The notes beneath the pieces were generated by a model that worked only from the letters and a program-made list of their open reading frames with translations, ran no database searches and was not told the origin of the DNA. DNA of 62,756 bases, filler included, from Perkinsus olseni (Eukaryota): the NCBI GenBank assembly GCA_013115125.1. It is 7 parts of 7 records of this genome, joined end to end, with 100 filler letters (N's around TTAATTAATTAA, not from the genome) between each part and the next. Parts side by side here need not be neighbours in the genome. Positions count along the whole stretch, not along the records: positions 1 to 8,921 come from JABANN010000941.1; positions 9,022 to 17,941 come from JABANN010000942.1; 5 more parts are not named here. One strand, given 5' to 3'. Positions within the stretch are counted from its first letter, which is position 1. Every line of letters begins with the position of its first letter. A program made the position numbers and the translations under genes. Positions 1 through 12,902 of this stretch are shown here, piece by piece.

Positions 1-983
1 GTCCTCTCCCACACTCCCGACCAACCGTCCGCGCCGAGAGGCAGGGGGTTCCGAATAAGGGAACGGGCCTTGACCTCGGGTGATGATACCGCTCCGCCGA
101 AACGATAATCCTCTATCAAGCGACGGACCCCAACATGTTAGACCGAGCCAAACACTCGGACAAGCAGGCTTCAAACCGGAGCATCCAATTCATGATAGAA
201 TAGCAAAGCTCTCGATACTCGCATTCTATCGACTTAGTCATTCCGGGCTTTATTACAGCGAAAGTGTCAACTTACCGGCGAAGCTGTTGACTTCAGAAAA
301 ATTATAGTTTTCTAACAGGTAAAGCTGAGCGTCAATACATGTGGCCCCAGAAAAATCAGTACCACTTCCCTCTCCTCAGCTCCGCTCCGCTGTCCAATAG
401 TGACATTCCCGCAATATCCATCGGGCGAATTGGCGGCAGTTGTCGCTGGAGTAGGGCAGAAGCCTGGACTCTGAAAGAAGGAATCTCCGGAATGACAATC
501 GAGGTCGACCATGCACTCTACGGAACAAAAGATTCTTTCTTCCATTCAATGCCAGCAGCTAGCTGATTGGCATCTTACCGATAGCGCGCCGCCTCCTTTG
601 TCAGTCATGTTCATGGGAGTGCTCAACGGAGGTATCGAAAGCCTTTTTCGAACCTGGCAAATATCTTAAAACCCCGGAAGTTTCACTGGTCGACCTAAGA
701 TTCGCCGAATGCAGGGCAAGGAAACTCACCTCGGCTGGACTTTCTCCGAGTGATACCAAAACTGCTGCTAAATGAACTGATACAGGGTCCGGGTTGACAG
801 ATGAATTCAGCTTCATTTTGGCTGATGGCGACTGAAAAGATACTTATTCGGACACTAACGTATTGCGGAAGACATTTTACTCAAACGCTGAATCGATCAT
901 ACTCATGGAGACAGAGCGTGTGGATAGTGGAGGTTCGGAATATTTTTGGTTGAAGCATGCTCGAGTGGCATATTCCAGATACG

Positions 984-2104
984 CTAGTGACGACTCATGA
1001 CCAGATCGACTGCTTCTTGCATGCCACTAGGCAAGTGAGAACGCCCAAACTCGAGGCCACAATCACCTCCACCCACTACCGATACATCATTCCTCGCTTG
1101 CTGTCGACTCAATGCTTCCATCAGCATCAACTTCGCTTCTTCCAATCGCTGCAACCGACGTGTCGCATCCTTTGTAACAGAAGCTGCTTGCGCCTGGATG
1201 TGTAGATGTTAACTAGTACCACTCCTTGCCCAACTTACACAGGCGATTCCTTTGTGGATGAGCTCATCTTCAGTCAACATCTCCAACGTATGTCTTCCCT
1301 TCGTCTTAGAATTCTGGGCGCTCCCTGGCGCGCTCGCATTTCCGGGCAAATGCCGCCTGAAAATTGACAACAATTTTCTAAACTCGAATAACTAGGAAAA
1401 ATTCTGACGGACTTCATAAGTAACCTCGAACTCAGTCTCATTACCCTGCGAGTGAACATGGAAGCTCCTAGGCTGTTAGTCGAATCAAAAATTTCCGTCA
1501 TCCTTGAGGCATTGGCCCGATTATTACATGGAAAAAGCTGCTGCTGTTGTTGCTGTTGGGTTCCTCTTCTTGTTCTTGTCATTCCCAAGAGGCTCATCAA
1601 GTGCATCGTGGCGGGACGTAGTGCAGCCCATCAGAGGGCCATGAAAATGCAACTGGGAGGGAATACTGCTTTCTTAGTAAACCTACTATAATGTCGATGA
1701 TAAAGCTCGTAGCAGAGCAGAGTTCGGAGATGGATGGTATTATGAGACAATAAATGCAAATCTGAAGTTAGTAGAGGTTGATCAGGAAGCCTTGAGAATT
1801 CACCCTGTCTGCATGCTGGCAGCGGTTGCGTGACGCGATAGTAGAGGGCGTTAACCCGCTGTGGACGCATCAATCCTGAAGCCCGTCAACAGTAACAAAT
1901 GTAACTCACCTAACCCAGTGGAAGGCGGACAAGGGCGAAGGGCGAGTGGACAATGGACCATTCGAGAAATCCGTATCGACCGATGAGGTAATAGAACCGA
2001 CGACCACCAGAAGGAGAGCACGGCGTTCCTCCTCTGCAACACTCGAACGCTGAAAAGTTACTGCCAACTGTCTTCCTGAGAGGCGCTCCTGTGGTGTCGA
2101 ACAT
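984..2104 (-). CDS. Hypothetical multi-exon protein (approximate bounds)
   Basis: Short open segments flanked by GT/AG signals, including a helical-looking exon (IQAQAASVTKDATRRLQRLEEAKLMLMEALSRQQAR). No family recognised. Confidence 0.3.
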
Positions 2105-3069
2105 CTCTTGAGCAGAGAATTTGGCGATCCTTACAGCACGATTCCATTGAGCATTATTACTGTTCTCAATGAGTCAAACTACATAGCAAAAGACGGTGGC
2201 AGGCCGTACACGGTCGATAGCCTGCTGCGTCACGACCAGTGACACTCGCCTCGTCCAAGGGCGATGAACGCATGTACAAGTGACATTTTTAAAGACGCGC
2301 ACGCCATCTTGATCGATATTCCTCAACTCGGAGCTGCCGATCGTCGGGTTAACTCAGGTGACGTTCCCTTCGAGGTCCCTGCGGGACCAAGATAGTGGAG
2401 ATAGAGATAGTTTCTTCAATTCATCGTGGACTGTGCTACAGGTTCTGTGCGCTTTCCCACCATTCGAGACTTTGCGTGATAAATTATCGGTATGGGAATT
2501 CTAAAATTCCGTTGTTACTCTTTCTTGATGTGAACCCTTTTTCCTGGTCTACCTCACAGCGCTCACGAGAGGTAATAAGCTTGGCGCTTGGAATGCCCGG
2601 CAACAGAGTTTTATTTGAATTGAATTTTTGTTCAGTTTTCGCTAGTAGTGTAAATTTTGTTGCAGATGGTATAATGGTGATGCTGAGCTCCTTGATGTGA
2701 TGTCGTTAGTGAAATTATTTCACTATCAACATCACACCGAAAATTGGTAAATGTCGCTCGAATTTCACTTGGAAGCGCATGATCTATTATGTCAGATGTT
2801 TCATTCCCTTTCAGTCAAGAGAATTCCTTCCATTAATTCGTGAAAAAATATTTTCCTGAAAATTCGATTATACCATTACACCAAAAATTCATCAATTCAT
2901 AAAAAAATATCACACCAAAATTTCATATCGAATTTTAGATTTCCTTTTTTGGCGCGGCCAAACTGAATAGTAATTACCTCAGTGTAGCGGTGCAAGAACG
3001 ATGGGGTACTGGAGTGTTGCGGAGAATGTGTTTTTGTGATCAGCCTCCTATTTTTTCTTTCCTCGTCCC

Positions 3070-3595
3070 ATGGGTGCCTCCCAGTCGTCTTGCTTCTCCC
3101 TGCCAAGGAAGCACTCGTCATTGAGCGACGCCGCGTCGACACGATGTGACAGTAGTTTGGATGATTACTCGACAACTATCTTGTCCAGTGAGGATGAGTA
3201 CCTTCGAGCCCGCTTGAGGAGGTCGGAATTATGCGAGAGAATCGCTGGTCGTGTGACGGTGGATCATGAACAATGTAGTGTTTATGGGCGGTGCTCGAAA
3301 ATAATTCTATCTCCGAACTCGAACGCCCCATCTTTCGCTTTTGGATCCCTCGCCGTCCGTAAAAATTCTTTTTCCGAGTACTATTGAGCGAAAATTTTTT
3401 CTGGTTCATACGGAATTTTCCCTTTTTACATTTTCCAGGAATTCTGTCCAGAGGGAAAATTTGGTAATGAAGCTAATGAGCTCGAGGATTTCACCGTGGC
3501 TGTGCATAATAGCGGCTCCATTTGCGTTTTACGGATTCACCCGGAGAGCACCAACTTCACAATTTTCGTGTAGTGGAGTTTCACCCACGATATGA
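3070..3595 (+). CDS. Hypothetical protein with N-myristoylation-like start (MGASQSSC)
   Basis: ATG at 3070 gives MGxxxS followed by Cys. A probable second exon follows tttccag near 3438, but its phase is unresolved. Confidence 0.3.
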
Positions 3596-4500
3596 ATGAC
3601 AACTGGTAAAAGGTCGTCTCCCATTTCACATCGCATAGTCCACATTCGACTGGTGAAAACCGCATAGAAATGTTTTTTCAATCACGATGTTGAACGCGAA
3701 GTAAATTTTACACAAAAACGAAAAAATCTGTAAAAAGTTAATTCGGCACAACACAGAATTCCCCTTCTTCACGATTTCATTTCTCGTATTTTTGCATACT
3801 CACCGTTTCCGCTGTTGGACGAAACTTCCTTATCGAGAATGCTCGTTTCTGCTCTGTGCGCTCTGCTGGTCAACCGACGCTATATTCTTTTCACCGCGCC
3901 ACGAAATTGGAGCCCTCATTGCAGGTTCGTTTTCAAAGGCTAAGCGCATGCCTGGCTTAAAATTGAAGTGTTGGTAAGGAGGCCAATCACTGCCCCAATC
4001 ACTGCGTCATCGGTGCTCCTTTCTCGCTGTGATTTCGCGAAAATTGGGTATCGCTTTTCAGCCGTCTGCTGCACGGCTGAGCTTATATCATACTCATAGT
4101 GTGCATCATCATCTTCACTACGACTGATATTATATCGTTGTCGATCATCTGGGCGCGCGCTAAAGTAACTGCGTAAGCATATTTGTTCGCCGTAGTAGAC
4201 GGATCGTCTTCCTCTTGGTATTTAGTTCTACTCACTATCGTTAACTTCGACATCGGCATTATAATAAAATCAGTAATAGGATTATCGATTATCTGGGCGC
4301 GCGCTACTGTTGTTGGCGGCGTTGCCATCTTTCTTCTAGTCGTCAATAGGAAATTAGTATTTGCCAATTTAGGAGGCGTCTCCTTTCGCTGTATCACTGC
4401 TTCTTTCAAGTCGCTGAGTCGGCAATATGTGAGTTTGGTTCTGTTGAGGAAATGCAAGAGAGGGCAAGATTGCAAGATCAGGCCTCTTTTTCATTTGATA

Positions 4501-5881
4501 ATGACCGTGTTTGCTGAAGCTGCAAGGATATACCTTTTGACTTTCAACATCTGCCTGATCACCGTGGCCGTCTACCTTGCCTTGTCCTTCACAATCACTG
4601 CCGCTGCGCACCCGGTGGACTTCACGACCAGATTCTTATCGTTTGGTATAACGACCAGTATTATGCTGATCGTTTTCGCCATTTTTGGCTGCATTATCGG
4701 AGCTTCGGATAAGTCACGCGCCGCGATATTGGTGGCTTACAGTGTCTTCGCGACGCTGCTTTTCACGGTATTTTTGGTGGTGGCCAGTTGGACCTCGTAC
4801 CACTTGCCAGAACTGCGCCGCTCTGCGGAAGGAGACTCTCGAGTAACACCGACGTTCAAGCGAGTTCGGGGGGATTTTTATGGTCTGTATGAGGACGGTG
4901 GCTGCGTTGGCGGCGGCAGACCAATTGGGATATCGAAGTTCACGGATGTTGTTTGCAAGGATTTGATAACGCAAGATACGATGAATGATATTCTGAATGC
5001 CACGCGGGGCAGCACGATGGATGAATGGAAAGCATGTGTGATTAAAAGTGGGAGGAACGCGGCTGCGGAGGTAGTAGGGGTGTGGCGTGACGTGGAAGAT
5101 AGCCTGAAAAATCGAGAAAAAATGTAAGATGCAAAATTTATGCCACTATGCCACATGCAAAAATGAGTCCACTATGCCACGTGGTGGTGCGAGAACGAAG
5201 CAGTAACTCATGAAGTACTTTAAATTACCGAGCCGGCGAAGTTGCTGCTGCCGTGTCGTATTGGCCACACTTTTCCTTGTTAAATTTTCCTCGTTGCCGA
5301 GTGTAAGTGAGGAAAAGAGCTCCTCTGTTTCTCATGATCCGCATTTTTCTGTTCTCTGATTTTTTCGAGGAGAGTTTGAATATGGTCATCGTACGGAACT
5401 ACGTTTCGGATTTTATGATTTATTTTCATTTTATGCCTCCCCTGTTCACCAATGCGGATGGTGGTCTTCTCGACAGGAAAACTCAAAAATCTGTTGTCAT
5501 CATATTGCGTAAGATTTTTTTCTCCTTCTCCCCGTTATCATTACCAATGGTGATTTACCATAGTAAAATCTTCTTCTCGTTGTTATCGTCCGAGTAAAAT
5601 TCTCTCTCCTCCTTTTACCTCAGGGAGGCCTCTGGTGTCGTGTATACCCCACAGTAATGGCAGAAGTGCACCATTCAACAGTACGCCTCACTGTAGCCTG
5701 CTGGCTGATAACGATACTGGCCGCTGGAGCAATACTCGCTGTCATCCCTTATCATGCAGCCAACAAGTACAGAGTGGTAATGGAGGGGCGAGGAGTATTG
5801 GATTCGGCTTCTGTGGTAAACACGACTCTGCATCGCCTCGGTTGTGGGTTGGAAATTGTTCGTAGCAGTCAGCAATGTTGA
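4501..5881 (+). CDS. Tetraspanin-like four-transmembrane protein (2 exons)
   Basis: Three N-terminal hydrophobic helices with a tetraspanin-like TM2-TM3 loop (FGCIIGASDKSRAAILVAY) and a Cys-containing large loop. An intron at 5071-5623 (gag|GTAGTA...cctCAG|gga) joins in frame to an exon carrying a fourth TM (LTVACWLITILAAGAILAVI). The canonical CCG motif is absent. Confidence 0.55.
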
Positions 5882-6457
5882 TAATATTTCTATGGGGATG
5901 AATATTTGTAAATGTGGTATTATTACATGTAATATATAGTATCCTATAGAATATAGCAATTCTTAGGATATTAGGATATTAGGAAAATAACTATTAGGAG
6001 AGGAATCAGTTAGACTAGAATTCCAAGGGTTCCTACAAGCAATGAATTTATGTAAATTATGATATGATTTCTCGACATGATAATTATGTTATTTCATTAT
6101 TATGAATAATTGTAATGAGTTATTATATTTTATGTCATAAATTATTATTGGTAATTTTGTTGTGAAAAGTTGCATTACATTGTGGACCTGAGGGCTTGAG
6201 CTCGTTCCTTGGAAGCAAGACATCGTTCCTGCAAAATTTTGCTGCATCGCTCCGCCTTTTTATCAAGTTGTGTTCTCGCAGGATTTTCGAGAGTCCTTGA
6301 TCAAAGATGACGGTTGATTGATTGGTCATCCACAGCATTATCGTAGCTACGTTCATGTTCATGTTTACCCTTCTTGATGATGGTGGTATGCTGCGGTTGC
6401 CCTTGGGTTAGAGTTGGCCAATTCAGTTGGTGCACTGCTCTCAGTTATCGTTAAATC

Positions 6458-8195
6458 ATGTCGGATCTTCGGAGCGTCCTAGCCCTGTACTTCGCCCCTA
6501 CCCGCAGTAAGACCAAGGAATCGGTCCACTTTTTCGTGGACCAGGCGGTAGAGTTTGTGGCTAGAGGTAATGATTTATTACTATATGTTATTATTGACCA
6601 TATTTCACGTTGCTGTCGTTGATTTTTGTTTTCAGATGCCGAGCCACCGCTGAGCTCGGTCGTGGCTCTGCTCGAAGAAGATGATTCCCTTGAAGACTTC
6701 TTCTTCAAACGCATCGTTCCCCAGAAGGTAAGTTACACGTCTGCGACGATTAGAATGATTACAATCTGTCTTCAGAATGGTGACCTTCGTTGCCCTTGTC
6801 GATGGTACAGCAAGAAGGAGGATGGCGATCATAACGAGGAGGTCATCGGCATGCGCACAGTAACGTCAAACAAGAAACGCTATCGCTTTGGTGACTCCTA
6901 CCAATGCTTCCCAAGGTGAGTTTGAGATAGTGTGATGCAACATTGTATCTAAATGGGCCGATTGGCGCAAAATACTTACTCGTACTAGGAATAGGACAGT
7001 CGTGTAAGGGCATGGGAGCAGCGGTCATTTTCAATTACATATCATCTCCCTATTTCGATCTCGCTCGCCCTTGAATACAAAACCGAAACGGTGATGATTC
7101 CCCCACTTTTGGACCGAAGAAAACAGCGCTCGCCCTTTCTTAAACGCTCCCGCTTGGGAAGCGCTTCGCTCCGCGAACCACTTTTTGACCAGACCAGGAC
7201 CAAAACTTGGACCAAAGAAACTTGGTCCAATTGTAGCAGAAAAGCTGGCTTTTAAACTTCATCATCTTGAAAACTTTAAATGTTCAGTAGTAATCGCGAT
7301 GATATAATCGGTAATTACTACCATGAGGCGGCCTCACGGTAGGCCTCCTTGGCTGTCAACCTTGGGGGGAATTTCGCTATTTGGGCTTCATTCGGTGGAA
7401 GTTTCCAGATTTATTTCCTGTCTATTTCCTAATAATGTCTTATAACCTTTAGCAGTTGCCGTCTCAACTGATGAGGCACATGTTGGTACTCATGCTGGTG
7501 TCGCTCAGTCGCCCACGTCACCACTTTTCACCCTACGATCTCCAATTGAGCATACAGGTTCTATATTCTACGGGCCTTGGCGTATGGTCCTCGTCATAGT
7601 GATAGCGTCGGTGCCCTTGTCGTTCCGGGCTCCCAGCGCTTGGTCGTTTATGTGATGTTGCCGAATGATTCTTATCCGAAGGCGGGCGGAGGTTATCGTC
7701 CTTTCGTGTTGTTTCGGAACAGCAGGTGTCCTTTTAATTCTGCCCTTGATGAAGCTCGGTTGCAGCGGGAAGAGGCTCTGTGGGTTGATCCCAAGGGTGC
7801 CAATGATCTTCCACATCGCAGCTTCCATCCTCCTAGTCCGTCGTACCCTCCGCTCATGATAGCGGTAAAAACGGCCACATTAATAAATGTCACATTTACG
7901 TCCACAGTGGATGACCACGACCACGAGGCAACTTCTAGGCAGAGGTTGGGAGGCCATACATCTCCCGGTGCAACAACAGGCATCTCAAAGCAACCTCTGC
8001 GCTCTACACTGCCTGGCTAGACTAACCGAGATCGCGTATGGAGTCGCGCAGCCCGAGATGACGATTTTCAACGAGGCCTTCATGAGGGCACATGCGAAAT
8101 CTTGCTTGGAGCTCGGCTTTATCTTCCGGTTTCCTGCAATTTTTCCAGCTCAATCTTCCATGAGATTCGCAGGAAGAAGGCTTCTCGTTGCATGA
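6458..8195 (+). CDS. Hypothetical multi-exon protein (3' end uncertain)
   Basis: ATG at 6458, then three exons joined in frame by clear GTAATG..TTCAG, GTAAGT..TTCAG and GTGAGT junctions (MSDLRSVLALYF...DAEPPLSS...NGDLRCPCRWY...). No family recognised. Confidence 0.45.
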
Positions 8196-8343
8196 AAACC
8201 CAAATGATGAGTGGGTAATCCCCGCCCGGCGGCGAGTTTTATTCACGTTGTTTCTGACATGTTTCTGGGTCGATAGTTTAATGCAAAGTGCAGTAGTTAT
8301 TTTGGTTCGTGTAGCGGCTACACTGTAGTATGTGCGATTAACA

Positions 8344-8437
8344 GGGGCTGAACTTCAGCCCCGAGGCTTCATGCAAACTTGTGTAGTGGCTTCAGCCACT
8401 CAGGGCAGCCTTCAGCCGCTGAAGGCTGCCCTGAGTG
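8344..8437. repeat. Cluster of perfect inverted repeats built on TTCAGC/GCTGAA
   Basis: GGGGCTGAA-c-TTCAGCCCC (8344-8362), AGTGGCT-tc-AGCCACT (8385-8400), and a 20-bp-arm palindrome CACTCAGGGCAGCCTTCAGC-c-GCTGAAGGCTGCCCTGAGTG (8397-8437). Confidence 0.9.
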
Positions 8438-8921
8438 CATGCGTAAGATGTAATGACATTATGACATTATATGAAAAAATTTTTCAGAAAAATTAACCCA
8501 CTAATCGACACAATCGTCGGTGAAACCACCAAATAGTCGTGAAAAATTTTTGGTCAGGAAGAGTGACGTTTTCACTCTTCGACGGTTTTTGGTCCGAAAG
8601 TGGAGTTACCTCTGTGATACCAACAACGGTTTCGCGTCCCCATGAATCTCTGCGCTGCGGTGGTCGATTTCTCTTTTTCTAGGTATTTTCCCGGTGGTAT
8701 CTTTCTGGGAAAATGGCATCAGTGGAGGCTTTCTGCGATCCGTCGCTGCCCCAGTGATAAGGAGATCGTTCTTGTGGGTATTCGTGTGACCAAGCACATT
8801 TTTGACGGTGACTCCATGACGCCGGTGACTGGCTCACTAGCCAGTCACCGGGTGCCACAGCCCGCTCAAACTTTCGCGCTCGCCCGGGCCGCACACACAA
8901 GGGTGATCCTAATCACTTCGA

Positions 8922-9021
8922 NNNNNNNNNNNNNNNNNNNNNNNNNNNNNNNNNNNNNNNNNNNNTTAATTAATTAANNNNNNNNNNNNNNNNNNNNNNN
9001 NNNNNNNNNNNNNNNNNNNNN
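8922..9021. other. Artificial contig linker (N-run, TTAATTAATTAA, N-run)
   Basis: Six-frame-stop linker between N runs. The same linker recurs at 17942-18041, 26949-27048, 35951-36050, 44943-45042 and 53927-54026, separating contigs of steadily decreasing ~8.9 kb length. Confidence 0.97.
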
Positions 9022-10347
9022 GGCCTTAATTCGATTCCATGGACGTATTAGGGGTCGCACACCACTTATGCTAAGAATTTGTGGAGGGGTGTAGTATCCG
9101 AATAGCAAATGGATACCGCAGAGGAGTGCAGAGATACTAACCCAGAGGACGCCACAGGAATCTCCTTCTTGACTCTTACTTGATACTGTACCCATGTAGG
9201 CTTAGAGTAGCGTAACAGCCAAGCCGATAGAAGAGAAACCAAAGTATTATCAACTTTGCATACTGACTGAGTATGGCTAGAGATCATCCACGCTGAAGGG
9301 ACAGCGCTGGGACACAACTGTTCAGCAACAGTCTACAGACTGTAGACTACAGTCAGTCTTATACAAACCTACACAGCGCCAAGCTACGCAGCTAGGACGT
9401 ACAGACACAGCGGAGATCCTCGGAGACAATCACACATATCAGAAGCAACGCAGATCAGAACTCAGATTTACAGCAGTCCAGCGCGCGCATGTCGCCCGAT
9501 TGTCATAGAGCGTAGAGTATCACCACGCAGTGTGGGAAACACTAGTAATTTACTATAGTAGGTGACACTACTACTGGAAATCATATAATAATAATTTTAA
9601 TGATCTTCAAATAAGAAATCACAATAATATTAATAATTTATCTCTAATATAAAAAAGATAACTATTTATTTTTTTCGATCAATAATAGTTTATTTCTCGT
9701 TTTTCTGCTGTCCCTTGCCGCATCCGACGTCCGTCCGGAATTTTACCGCAGGAGCGTGGCTCGGGACAAGGTGGAAGGCCGTGGTTTGAGCAGGGAGGAA
9801 GAAAGAATGATGCTTCAGAGACTTTGCAGTCGTCTCAGTTCTCGTAGCGTTGTTAGCGAGGTCCGTGGATGATGGCTGAGCCGAGCGTGAGTAGAGTTCA
9901 TCGTAGGAGTCCGTCTGTCCGGGGATAGCGGGTCCTCGAAGGAGTCGTGAAGAGCAGGAAAGGATAAGCGATCGGATGGCTCGGCCGCGGGAGGTGGTTG
10001 TGGAGGAAGAATCTTACTGTTTCAAGCCGATGGTCCTGAGCAATCCTCTTTACAGTCACGTGACACCAAGGTGATGGTCAGTTGCTTCTTCCCGCTCAGC
10101 CTTGATTCAATCAAGTTGATTGATACCATCGCCTCGCGTACGTGAAGATGATGATTCATTAGTCGCCATGATGGTGATAGCCATTGCTTTCACGCTCGCG
10201 TGCTATCTAGCCTCTTATCTCGGCCATCGGTACTCTCACCTACAACGGTCTTATCGTCTCACTTGGAGTTGATTATTCATCATTCGTGCTCATCGTTGTT
10301 CGCTGATGCTCTTGACAAATCCCCGTTACTCTCACTACAAGCTGAAT

Positions 10348-10710
10348 GATCCGTTCACGATCAGTTTACGATCAGTTTACGATCAGTTTACGATCAGTTT
10401 ACGATCAGTTCAAGTTTATGATCAGTTTACGATCAGTTTACGATCAGTTCACGATCAGTTTACGATCAGTTGANNNNNNNNNNNNNNNNNNNNNNNNNNN
10501 NNNNNNNNNNNNNNNNNNNNNNNNNNNNNNNNNNNNNNNNNNNNNNNNNNNNNNNNNNNNNNNNNNNNNNGTTACGATCAGTTCAAGTTTATGATCAGTT
10601 TACGATCAGTTTACGATCAGTTCACGATCAGTTTACGATCAGTTCACGATCAGTTTACGATCAGTTCACGATCAGTTTACGATCAGTTCATGATCAGTTT
10701 GCGATCAGTT
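10348..10710. repeat. 11-bp tandem minisatellite (GATCAGTTYAC)n with internal assembly gap
   Basis: Directly visible tandem units. The N gap at 10474-10570 lies inside the array. Confidence 0.95.
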
Positions 10711-11027
10711 GACTTTCGCACGCTCTTTCGATCATCTCAAGTGCTCGGAGTGGATTAGTGAAGAATGCCCATCCATAATGATGGTCAGTGTAGGTATCTG
10801 AACCCTCGTGCCTCTCCTGCCTCCCACCAGCCCTCTCGCTCCTTGAGTGACTTCAGAGCAGCACTGAAAATAAGGAAACACTCGGGTGATTGTTGACGGG
10901 CTTCGAACTTCCTTCGGTATGGATACCACAATTTGCGATACTCTTGTATGATCCTCTGAGCTAGTCTATGCATTCGTCCCTCCTCACCAGACGACGGTAT
11001 TCTGATGAAACGTGATTTCATGTAAAT

Positions 11028-11261
11028 AAATTGTGTAAATTCGTCAACAATTGTGTAAATTTACCAAAAATTGTGCAAATTCGTCAGAAATTGTGTAAAT
11101 TTACCAAAAATTGTGTAAATTCGTCAAAAATTGTGTAAATTCACCAAAAACTGTGTAAATTCGTCAAAAATTGTGTAAATTTGCCAAAAATAGTGTAAAT
11201 TCGTCAGAAATTGCGTGAATTTACCAAAAATTGTGTAAATTCGTCTAAATTATATAAATTC
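11028..11261. repeat. 20-bp tandem repeat with alternating 40-bp higher-order structure
   Basis: AAATTGTGTAAATTCGTCAA alternates with AAATTGTGTAAATTTACCAA, about 11-12 units. Confidence 0.93.
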
Positions 11262-11499
11262 ACTACACAGACATTAATTTCTCAATGAATTTTTGGGTAG
11301 CATGATTTCATTTTCTTGTAAAGTACGTGTTTCGGCAGCGGCTCAGTAACAAACTTTATTCCCCAGTCACCAACAGTCAGGCTACGGACACCACCGAGTT
11401 TCAAGAGTGTTTTCAGAATCTGTCAAGCCCAGCGGGCTCCCACCAAGGAGAGCTAACCTACCTCGGCCGTATTCCGTAGATTTGCTCACGGGCGAACGA

Positions 11500-12810
11500 A
11501 TGAACACGGCACCTCAACTGGAAAGGACATGGGCGCAGCAGATGGCTGCGTTGGAGAGGCTGGGTGAGGTCCCGGGTTCGATTCCAGGGACGGCAGTTTT
11601 TTTGCGTTTTAGTGAGAAAACCTGAAGGGAAGGCGGCGATGAAAGACGAGAGGGAGGTCGGAGAGGACGGGCAGGGCCGGCGGGAATCTTAGGTTGACTC
11701 TGGCAACTCACGGATTTCTCTGTTGCTAGGCACTTGTAGACGAGATCCTGTGGATTTACGTAGCCATCTCGCGTGACTTGCCGAGGGAATCCCGACGACT
11801 GCGGATTTGGTTTGAGAGGGAAGTGGCCGCCATCAATCGCGGTAGCGTGGGGTCAATACAGAAACTGCAGAAGTATCATACCTTCATTCATAGAAGATAC
11901 GAAATAGGTCAAGCCATATACACTCACCGTCACCAGGGAATATTCGTTTTTGTATACAGAACAAAAATGCTCAGAAAGAGATGAGTTGTAATATTTCCGA
12001 GTATGCCGATGATAGGTACACTCCCTTCCGTATGGTGATTGCGCACTCGGAAGAATCGTGTGAGAGAAGATACCTTTACTATTGACAGCGCGGCATAGTG
12101 ACTCTGCGGCTTCACCGCGATTACGCGTTTTCCGAGGAGTGCGGAGTAATCGGTAGAGAATCTATGATGGAAAGAAAAACAGTTTGATGAGTGTAAACCA
12201 TCTTCAGTCACCATCGGCGTGGAAGTGCTCCACACCGGTGCCTGTCGAATTTCTTTCCGTCAATTTTTGACCGATTTTATTTTCTGGGCGCATGGATGTA
12301 CGGTCGTGCAAACGGGGTGAAGTTGCACGTTCAGGTCAGCTGGCCCCGCCGGTTGCAATCCAAACTTATCTGAAGAAGAGCGTCCGAGAGGATGAGGACG
12401 TCTCGTGGAGGACAACGTTGGCTTTACTCAGGCATGGGGTGACACGAAGATGTCTTAGCGGCACGCCCGGGGTGTTCAGGAGGGCAAGTAGGGAGTCCTT
12501 ACTGGGTGTGCGGCATCGACTGTTGAGGAGGGTGGTGGATGTTTGTGATGAGGGGTCCGCGAGGACATCGGGAGTAGGGCAATACTCGTCTCGAGATGAT
12601 GATGGTTCTTGCCAGAAACCGGTTCACACGAGCAATGGCGGTGACAGCCTCCGATCGAACCCGAGTACGATCTTGAGAGGTCCTCCTTGTCGGTATTGGT
12701 CGACCCTTCAGAGCTTTCTAGTAGGGAGCACAGTAAAGGAAGAAGGAGTTCCTTGTCCTTCTGGACTCACCTCGGCCTTTGACCATGAACCATGGCATCA
12801 TGCTTCCTAA
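11500..12810 (+). CDS. Hypothetical multi-exon protein (bounds approximate)
   Basis: In-frame splicing gives MNTAPQLERTWAQQMAALERL|VRKPEGKAAMKDERE|ALVDEILWIYVAISRDLPRES. No family recognised. Confidence 0.35.
11564..11612 (+). other. 49-nt intron containing tRNA 3'-half/B-box element (sense to host)
   Basis: GTGAGGTCCCGGGTTCGATTCCAGGGACGGCAGTTTTTTTGCGTTTTAG. Removing it keeps an open frame. Confidence 0.65.
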
Positions 12811-12902
12811 GTTGCACTGATGTTGCGCTGCCTTATTCAATCCCTCAACCTCTGAGGATTTCTAGTCGTTCAGTTTTCGATAAGTTTTTCTTCCCATCAT
12901 TA

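Noticed and set aside
4183-4500. N-terminal extension of the 314-aa ORF
   Set aside because: Starts at TTG and runs through the duplicated non-coding motif region. ATG 4501 gives a coherent tetraspanin-like topology.
8966-8977. TTAATTAATTAA recurring every ~9 kb as a biological periodic element
   Set aside because: Always embedded in fixed N runs. It is an artificial six-frame-stop contig linker.
11531-11596. Complete tRNA genes at the B-box intron sites
   Set aside because: No pairing 5' acceptor strand, D-arm or anticodon arm at correct spacing in any of the six cases.
11758-11769. Relict dinoflagellate/Perkinsus spliced leader (CGTAGCCATYT), also near 30420 and 37055
   Set aside because: Only 10-12 nt match and the diagnostic TGGCTCAAG 3' part is missing. 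The 11758 hit is explained as coding sequence (YVAIS).
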